Assembly (NCBI GenBank): GCA_965222375.1
Contig: CBDCTZ010000015.1
Location: 64,001-128,000 of the forward strand
Direction of reading: 5' to 3'
Origin: Polyangiaceae bacterium
Lineage (GTDB): Bacteria; Myxococcota_A; Polyangia; Polyangiales; Polyangiaceae
Length of the DNA: 64,000 nucleotides
Positions 58,232 to 64,000 of the stretch are shown here, in pieces. Under the pieces are notes generated by a model. The model was not told the DNA's origin and did not search any database. It was given only the letters and a program-made list of their open reading frames with translations. Each line of letters starts with the position of its first letter. The first letter of the stretch is position 1. A program made the position numbers and the translations under genes.

Positions 58232-59410
58232 ATGCCGCGCCCGCTCCTCGTCGCAAGCGATCTGCACCTCTCGCCGGGAAGCAATCCAGGCGTCTCCCGG
58301 GCTCTCGCCCTCGCAATCGAACAGCACCCGGACGCCGAGGTGATCATCGCAGGCGACGCTCTAGATCTATCGTTGTTGAAGCGGCGCTCGGACGCTGCTG
58401 AGCAGATCGCTGCTCACTTTCGACCTCATACGGCCCTGCACAGAGTTCTCGCTGCCCGCTTGGCGCGGGGCAGCCCGGTGACGTTCGTCTTGGGCAACCA
58501 CGACGCTGCCTTGGGCGACGCGCCGGTCAGAGCCGCCCTCGCCGACACATTTCGACTCGCAGGCCCGGAACCCCTGTCCGTCGTGCCCTGGTTCGTCCGG
58601 CGCGGCGACATTCACATCGAACACGGTCACGCCTACGACCCCGACAATGCCGACGTGCATCCCCTGGTCACCGAAGCCCACGACTGCGAGCCGTTGGGGA
58701 TCGCGCTGACGCGGCGCTTTCTCGCGCCAAGCGGGGCGCTCTGGTTCAAGCATCAGCATCACACGACGCCGCTCGCGGGGCTCGTGTCCTGCTTCACTCG
58801 ATACGGCGTTCGCGCCCCCAAAATCGTTGCCCACTACTTCTGGGTTGCTGCCCAGCTCTGCCTCGAAGCGCGAGACGTCGCCCCAGCGATCGGTGCTCGC
58901 GAAAAGGCGCATGCACAAATAGCGACCTTCTCGGAACAGGTCGGCGTGCCGCCGGGGGCCCTGGACGCCCTCATCGACAGCATGCTTCCCGCACGTCATC
59001 TAGATGCGCGCGATACGTTCCTCCGGTTGTACTTCGACCGCACGTTGCCCACCGCAGCGCTGACCTTTGCCCTTCCTCTCGCGCTAGCCGGCAACGCCGC
59101 AGCGGCGGGGGTTGCGCTCGCCTCCTTGATAACCCTCGCTGTTTCTCTTCGAGGTGGCGTTAGTCGCTACCAGGAGGAGGCCGAGTTGTTGCTTCGAAAC
59201 GGCGCGCAGCGCGTGCGAGCGCTGACGGGGGCAAAGCACGTAGTCCTGGGACACACCCACGTAGAAGCCGAGGAGGCAGGCTACACGAACCTCGGCTCCT
59301 TCGCGTTTTCGCGTCGCGACGGGCACGCCTACCTGCTGATCGACGAGGCCAGGAACATGAGCCGCGAAGTAGAGCCGGCCGCGGGCCCTTCGGCACTCAC
59401 TCCCAGTTGA
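58232..59410 (+). CDS. calcineurin-like metallophosphoesterase with C-terminal TM segment
   Basis: SDLH, AGD..D, GNHD, IEHGH, GHTH. Confidence 0.88.
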   Translation: MPRPLLVASDLHLSPGSNPGVSRALALAIEQHPDAEVIIAGDALDLSLLKRRSDAAEQIAAHFRPHTALHRVLAARLARGSPVTFVLGNHDAALGDAPVRAALADTFRLAGPEPLSVVPWFVRRGDIHIEHGHAYDPDNADVHPLVTEAHDCEPLGIALTRRFLAPSGALWFKHQHHTTPLAGLVSCFTRYGVRAPKIVAHYFWVAAQLCLEARDVAPAIGAREKAHAQIATFSEQVGVPPGALDALIDSMLPARHLDARDTFLRLYFDRTLPTAALTFALPLALAGNAAAAGVALASLITLAVSLRGGVSRYQEEAELLLRNGAQRVRALTGAKHVVLGHTHVEAEEAGYTNLGSFAFSRRDGHAYLLIDEARNMSREVEPAAGPSALTPS

Positions 59411-60000
59411 CGCGGACCTGGGCGTGGTCGACGGAAGAACGCAGCACCTCGGCACGTGGGTTTCTGCCATTCGAAGCTTCCAGTACCGCCTTGAAGCCCA
59501 TCGCGGCCGAGCGATGGGCTAGGCTCGGGTACAGATGCGGCGGATGCCGGAGCGTGACTAGAGCGCTGCGTTCTCGACGTCGGCGTGGAGGGTAATGCCT
59601 TTGTGGATGAAACCCCAGCTCGTGCTGGCTCCGCGCAACGGCAGGCTCGGAGTCGCCATCTTTGCGAGAGCACGACACATCCGAGGCTCCGTGAGCTTGC
59701 GATTGGCCCGATAGGTTCGCTGCAACATGTCTTCGGCTTCGAGTTGGTGCATGTCCACGATGGCGAGTGTGCGGCGACGAACTGAACCTCCGGGATCCAC
59801 ACGCTGGGTGGCGGTGGTGAGCCCAGCAGCAGACGCACCTCCTCGGGAAGCCCGCTCGAATCCCCACCTGCTGGGCACTCCGATATCAGCCCCCGCAGTA
59901 GGGAACACTTCACGAGGTGTCTCGGATAGGACAGCACTCCATCGGGTAGGCGCGAGAGGTACGCGGAAAGGCGCGGGTAATTCTGCGCGACAAGGCTCAC
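59397..60000 (-). pseudogene. myxobacterial hypothetical (DUF2378-like) gene split by two frameshifts
   Basis: Three consecutive frames: ...YLSRLPDG..SYP...PPPPSVWIPEV / LAIVDMH...WGFIHKG / ALVTLRHPPHLY...VNWE*. Confidence 0.65.
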
Positions 60001-60129
60001 CCTCGCAGTGTATTCGACAGCACCTGGCGGGCGCAGAAAACTAGACCGGCGCATGCACCGGGCGCTCTCTCGGCCAGATCACACATGGGCGTGCGTCCCG
60101 GCCGCAGTCGTGCTCAGGTTCTGCCCGCC

Positions 60130-61011
60130 ATGAGTTCCGCACAGCCTCGCATCCTCGCGCCACTTCCCGCGCGTAGCCGCTACCTGTCCTTTCGACTCAT
60201 CCCCAATGCCGATCCCCACGACGCCGTACAGAGGCTGGCCAAGCAGCAGCCTTTGGACGACGCGGTCATTGGGTTCGGTCACAGCTTGGTGACGCGACTG
60301 GGTGCGGAGGTCGAGGGGTTGCGGGAAAGCCCAGTGCTCTCCGGTCCGGGCGTTTCGGTTCCGTCCACGCCGGCCGCGCTGTGGGTTTGGCTGAGTGGAG
60401 ACGACGCAGGCAAGCTGCTGCATCAAGGGCGCGTCATCGCGCAGGGGCTTTCGGACGCTCTGCAATTGGAAAGCGCGACGGACGGCCTGTTCCACGACGG
60501 CGGACGAGATCTGACTGGATACGAGGACGGTACGGAAAACCCAACGGGAGAACGCGCCGAGAGTGCTGCCCTGGTCCGTGGGGCCGCTTCGGGCATGGAC
60601 GGCTCGAGCTTCGTCGCCGTGCAGCGATGGCAACACAACCTCGATCGCTTCGAAGCCATGTCCACCCTGGAGCAAGACCACAGCATTGGCCGCCGCCGAA
60701 GCGACAACGAGGAACTCGACGACGCCCCGGAGTCGGCCCACGTAAAGCGCACCGCCCAAGAGAATTTCGAACCCGAAGCCTGGGTGCTGCGTCGCTCCAT
60801 GCCGTGGATTGAAGCCTCAGCCTCAGGGCTGATGTTCGTGGCCTTCGGCAAGTCTTTCGACGCATTCGAAGCTCAACTTCGACGCATGGTCGGGCTGGAC
60901 GACGGCGTGACCGACGCCTTGTTTCGGTTCACACGGCCCATCACGAGCAACTACTATTGGTGCCCACCGCAGCAAGCTGGACAGCTCGACCTATCCGTCA
61001 TGGGCTTCTGA
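60130..61011 (+). CDS. dye-decolorizing (DyP-type) peroxidase
   Basis: GYEDGTENP, SFVAVQRWQH, SAHVKR, LRRSMPW. Confidence 0.93.
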   Translation: MSSAQPRILAPLPARSRYLSFRLIPNADPHDAVQRLAKQQPLDDAVIGFGHSLVTRLGAEVEGLRESPVLSGPGVSVPSTPAALWVWLSGDDAGKLLHQGRVIAQGLSDALQLESATDGLFHDGGRDLTGYEDGTENPTGERAESAALVRGAASGMDGSSFVAVQRWQHNLDRFEAMSTLEQDHSIGRRRSDNEELDDAPESAHVKRTAQENFEPEAWVLRRSMPWIEASASGLMFVAFGKSFDAFEAQLRRMVGLDDGVTDALFRFTRPITSNYYWCPPQQAGQLDLSVMGF

Positions 61012-61051
61012 GCACAGCTGGCGTTATTGCCGCGTGCTACACTCGCCGGCG

Positions 61052-61975
61052 ATGAGTGGCGTGCAACGCGCACTAGGTCTGATAGTGGTCTCCACCCTGG
61101 GCGGCTGCTCGATTCTGGCGCCGTCGGATGACGACCTGCTCGGCGGCTCCGGCGCTGCAGACGCTTCGGCCGGTGGCGCTAGTGGCAGTGCGGGCAGCGG
61201 CGGGCTGGCAGGCGCGGCAGCAGGCAGCGGGACAGGCGGAAGTGCGGGTGGCGGCGGCGCGGCAGGCACTGCAGGGAGCGGGGGCGCAGCGGGTTCGAGG
61301 GGTGGCGCAGCGGGCGCAGGTGGAGTATCCGCAACCGGTGGCGCAGCTGGCACCACGGGTGGAACAAGCGCAACCGGCGGCAGCGGCGGAGCCGCGACGG
61401 GCGGAACCGGCGGCGGCACGGGCGGCACATCGGCAACCGGCTGTTCCGACGGCACGCGGGAAACATTCAAGAGCGAAACGCTTTACAAAGATGTCGCGGG
61501 TTGCTCTGGGGCTTGGACCGTGCCAGGCGTTCTATCCGGCTCGTCGATGACGCCGGCATGCAACCGGGCGGCTGGCAACACGGGCGCCAATCCGACCGGC
61601 ATAGGTTGCAGCGTCGCCGATCTGTGCGCTCAAGGCTGGGATGTGTGCGCCGGGAAGAACGAACTGGGCAGCAAGAGCCCGTCGGGTTGTGCGGCGGACG
61701 CGAACAACGGACTCTGGATTGTGCGCGAAGCCATGGACACGTTCGCCACCAGCTGTGGCCTCGGCGGAGCCAACCAGCAAAACAATGTTGTCGGTTGCGG
61801 CCAGGGCGTAGGCTCGCCGACGCCGGGTAGCTGCGCACCACTGAACAGATACTTCGTCATCGCCGAATGCAGCGGCACTCCAGGGTGGGACTGCGGCAGC
61901 GACCCACTGGCCGAAGCGCTAAACGTCACGAAAGACAGCTCGCAATTCGGCGGTGTGATCTGCTGCAAGGAGTAA
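61052..61975 (+). CDS. Gly-rich-linker Cys-rich lipoprotein
   Basis: LGGC lipobox; GCSDGTRE...GGVICCKE domain. Confidence 0.8.
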   Translation: MSGVQRALGLIVVSTLGGCSILAPSDDDLLGGSGAADASAGGASGSAGSGGLAGAAAGSGTGGSAGGGGAAGTAGSGGAAGSRGGAAGAGGVSATGGAAGTTGGTSATGGSGGAATGGTGGGTGGTSATGCSDGTRETFKSETLYKDVAGCSGAWTVPGVLSGSSMTPACNRAAGNTGANPTGIGCSVADLCAQGWDVCAGKNELGSKSPSGCAADANNGLWIVREAMDTFATSCGLGGANQQNNVVGCGQGVGSPTPGSCAPLNRYFVIAECSGTPGWDCGSDPLAEALNVTKDSSQFGGVICCKE

Positions 61976-62044
61976 GCGGGCCTGCCAGTGCACCCAGGGC
62001 GTGAGTGTCGAGCCGCCCCGGCGCGTGTTACACTCGTCAACCAG

Positions 62045-62773
62045 ATGATGCGCTTGCTTCGCGCGGTATGTCTGAGCTCCGCAGTCGGGGCGAGCGCGTG
62101 CTCCATTCTCGCACCCACGGATGACGATCTGCTTGGAGGCAACAGCGCCGCAGACGCATCCCTGGGCGGCGCCAGCGGCGCCGCGACCGGGGGCACGAGC
62201 GCTACCGGCGGAACCAGTGGTGCAAGTGGCTCGGCAGGAGTGGGTGGAGCAGGTACTGGCGCTGCCGCCGGCGCAGGCGGAAGTGCAGGGAGCGGTGGAA
62301 GTGCAGGGAGCGGTGGAAGTGCAGGGAGCGGTGGAAGTGCAGGGAGCGGTGGAAGTGCGAACTGCAGGCCAAAACCCACGGGGGGGTCGGCGTGCTCCAG
62401 CGCAAGCTGCACCTGCGGGCCCGGCGCCTGCACGAGCTACACGCTCGGCGTCACGTTCCCTGTGAATCCGTGCTGCGCGGGCTTGCTCGAGGACCGCTGC
62501 GGTATCCAAATCGGAAGCACACTAGCAGCTGCTGCCAACCTGATCTCCGGATGCTACGGGCTAGACAGCCCGGGCAATTTGGACGCCAACTGCCCAAAGT
62601 TCGTGATTCCCAACTCGACGCCGACCGGGACCAACATCGAGTTTTCGGGTTGTTGCACTCCAAGCGGCACCTGCGGGTTCGCGATGGATCTGACGAGCAC
62701 CGGTGGTCCCGACCTGGGTTGCCCCGAGGCAGACTGCGGCGGCGCAATCCCGAAGAGCTGCACGCCAAAGTAG
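62045..62773 (+). CDS. Gly-rich-linker Cys-rich lipoprotein
   Basis: ASAC lipobox; Cys-rich C-terminus (GCC.P.G.CG). Confidence 0.8.
   Translation: MMRLLRAVCLSSAVGASACSILAPTDDDLLGGNSAADASLGGASGAATGGTSATGGTSGASGSAGVGGAGTGAAAGAGGSAGSGGSAGSGGSAGSGGSAGSGGSANCRPKPTGGSACSSASCTCGPGACTSYTLGVTFPVNPCCAGLLEDRCGIQIGSTLAAAANLISGCYGLDSPGNLDANCPKFVIPNSTPTGTNIEFSGCCTPSGTCGFAMDLTSTGGPDLGCPEADCGGAIPKSCTPK
62279..62358 (+). repeat. perfect 18-bp coding tandem repeat (about 4.4 copies)
   Basis: GGAAGTGCAGGGAGCGGT x4. Confidence 0.95.
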
Positions 62774-62808
62774 TGGACGCCTTCAGTCCAGAAGCGTCCG
62801 TCGCTTAG

Positions 62809-63597
62809 CTACTTGCACTTCTTCTGGTAGCAAGTCCCGCTCTTACAGTCCTTGCTGAAGTTGCACGGAGTGCCAGGCGGCCCCGGTTCCGCGCAAACAT
62901 CGAGGGACGAGTTGCACAGTCCGCTCTGACACTCCTTGTCGAAGTTGCACGGCGTCCCCAAGGGTCCAGGGAGCGCGCAGAGATCCATTTTTGAGTTGCA
63001 CAATTGGGTGGTGCATTCGTCGCCAAAGTTGCATGGCGTCCCAACCGGGCCGGGCACGGCGCATTGGTCCGTCTTCGAGTTGCACAGCTTGCTCAAGCAC
63101 TCGTCATCAGAGTTGCACGGCGCCCCGATGGGGCCCGGAAGGCCGCATTGGTCCAGCTTCGAATTGCACAGACCGCTCACGCACTCGTCGTCGAAATTGC
63201 AAGCGCCACCATTGGGCAGGGGCGGCTGACAGGTGTCGAGCTTGGAGTTGCAGAGCAGCGGTACGCACTCCGAGTCTTTCTTGCACGGCTGCCCTTGATT
63301 GCCGCCGCCGCCGCCAGTTCCGACATTGCCACTACCACCCGTGCTGACGCCGCCGGTGCCCACATTGCCCGAGCCGCCCGTTGCGAAACCGGCGCCACCA
63401 CCCGTCGCCACTCCGGCCGTGCCCCCAGAAGCCGCACCAGCTCCGCCTGCCCCCGCAGCACCCCCTGACGACTTCGCGCCTCCAAAACTACTCCCACCGG
63501 TTCCCGCACTCCCCCTAGAAGAGAACAGGCCCGCATTGTCTTCACCACCACAAGCTGCGCACAGTGCGCAGAGTCCCAATACCCATCGTGTCTGCAT
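62809..63597 (-). CDS. Gly-rich lipoprotein with five 28-aa Cys-rich repeats plus a partial one
   Basis: CAAC lipobox; GxPCNFDxECxSxLCNSKxDxCxxPGP repeats. Confidence 0.85.
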   Translation of the reverse strand: MQTRWVLGLCALCAACGGEDNAGLFSSRGSAGTGGSSFGGAKSSGGAAGAGGAGAASGGTAGVATGGGAGFATGGSGNVGTGGVSTGGSGNVGTGGGGGNQGQPCKKDSECVPLLCNSKLDTCQPPLPNGGACNFDDECVSGLCNSKLDQCGLPGPIGAPCNSDDECLSKLCNSKTDQCAVPGPVGTPCNFGDECTTQLCNSKMDLCALPGPLGTPCNFDKECQSGLCNSSLDVCAEPGPPGTPCNFSKDCKSGTCYQKKCK

Positions 63598-63718
63598 GCG
63601 AGGCGGAGCCTAGCAGCTCGTACTCCGGCCGCTAGCAGCGCGCGCGATGGCCGCTTCTTGCCCGTGCCGTCGCACCACAGGCGCTCGACACCGCGCAGCC
63701 ACCCCTTGCCGCCGGAAA

Positions 63719-63890
63719 GGTTGGATGGGTTGCCCCCCGCGCGGCAACTCCCGGCCCGGTGCGGCGTGCTCGGCTACGCCTGCGCCGCCGCGGCCCCCCT
63801 TGGCTGCGCCCGCCGGCCGCAGCCGGAGGGCCCACGCGCACTTTCGGGTCGCCCAACTTGGCCAGCGCTACGACCAAGCTGCCGGCGCGC
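63719..63890. repeat. dispersed REP/MITE-like intergenic element (second copy)
   Basis: CCCGGTGCGGCGTGCTCGGCT..CGCCTGCGCCGCCGCGGCCCCCCTT.GCTGCGC...GCAGCCGGAGGGCCCAC, matches 51401-51478. Confidence 0.8.
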
Positions 63891-64000
63891 GACGCCAAAA
63901 CGCGTGCTACCTGGGGCGCAGTGCATCTCCCGAGCATACTCTTGATTTGCCTGGGCCTTGGGCTCACTGGCGGGTGTTCATCCAAGTCCAAGAGTTCCGT

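Noticed and set aside
60130..61011. Encapsulin cargo DyP
   Set aside because: No GSLxIGSL-type targeting tail and no encapsulin gene nearby
1..64000. Numerous Arg/Pro/Ala-rich overlapping ORFs in the track
   Set aside because: Typical high-GC shadow ORFs of better-supported genes

Overview
High-GC chromosomal window. Gene content (Gly-rich Cys-rich lipoproteins, a MYXO-CTERM protein, CdbA-like domains, pilMNOPQ) points to a myxobacterium, probably Polyangiaceae/Sorangiineae-like (inference). About 55 CDS. Housekeeping and envelope genes: pilMNOPQ, LysM-M15 peptidase, NAGS/NAT, GTP-PEPCK with a 1-nt frameshift, DEAD-box helicase, cold-shock protein, patatin, NnrS, YceI, DyP and a MutS-like ATPase. 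Signalling genes: REC-REC adenylate cyclase, orphan CheB, FHA-GGDEF and PP2C-cNMP. There are about 14 Gly/Ser-linker lipoproteins. No rRNA, tRNA, CRISPR array or transposase was recognised. Most notable: (1) a bacterial homolog of the archaeal tetraether lipid synthase Tes/MJ0619 with an altered Fe-S ligand set; (2) a translationally coupled class-III aminotransferase-LuxE-LuxC operon without luciferase; (3) a protein with four tandem CdbA-like ribbon-helix-helix domains; (4) TANNNT boxes 6-7 nt before many start codons, suggesting widespread leaderless transcription; (5) a dispersed REP/MITE-like element family. All family calls are from motif recognition by eye; no database searches were run.
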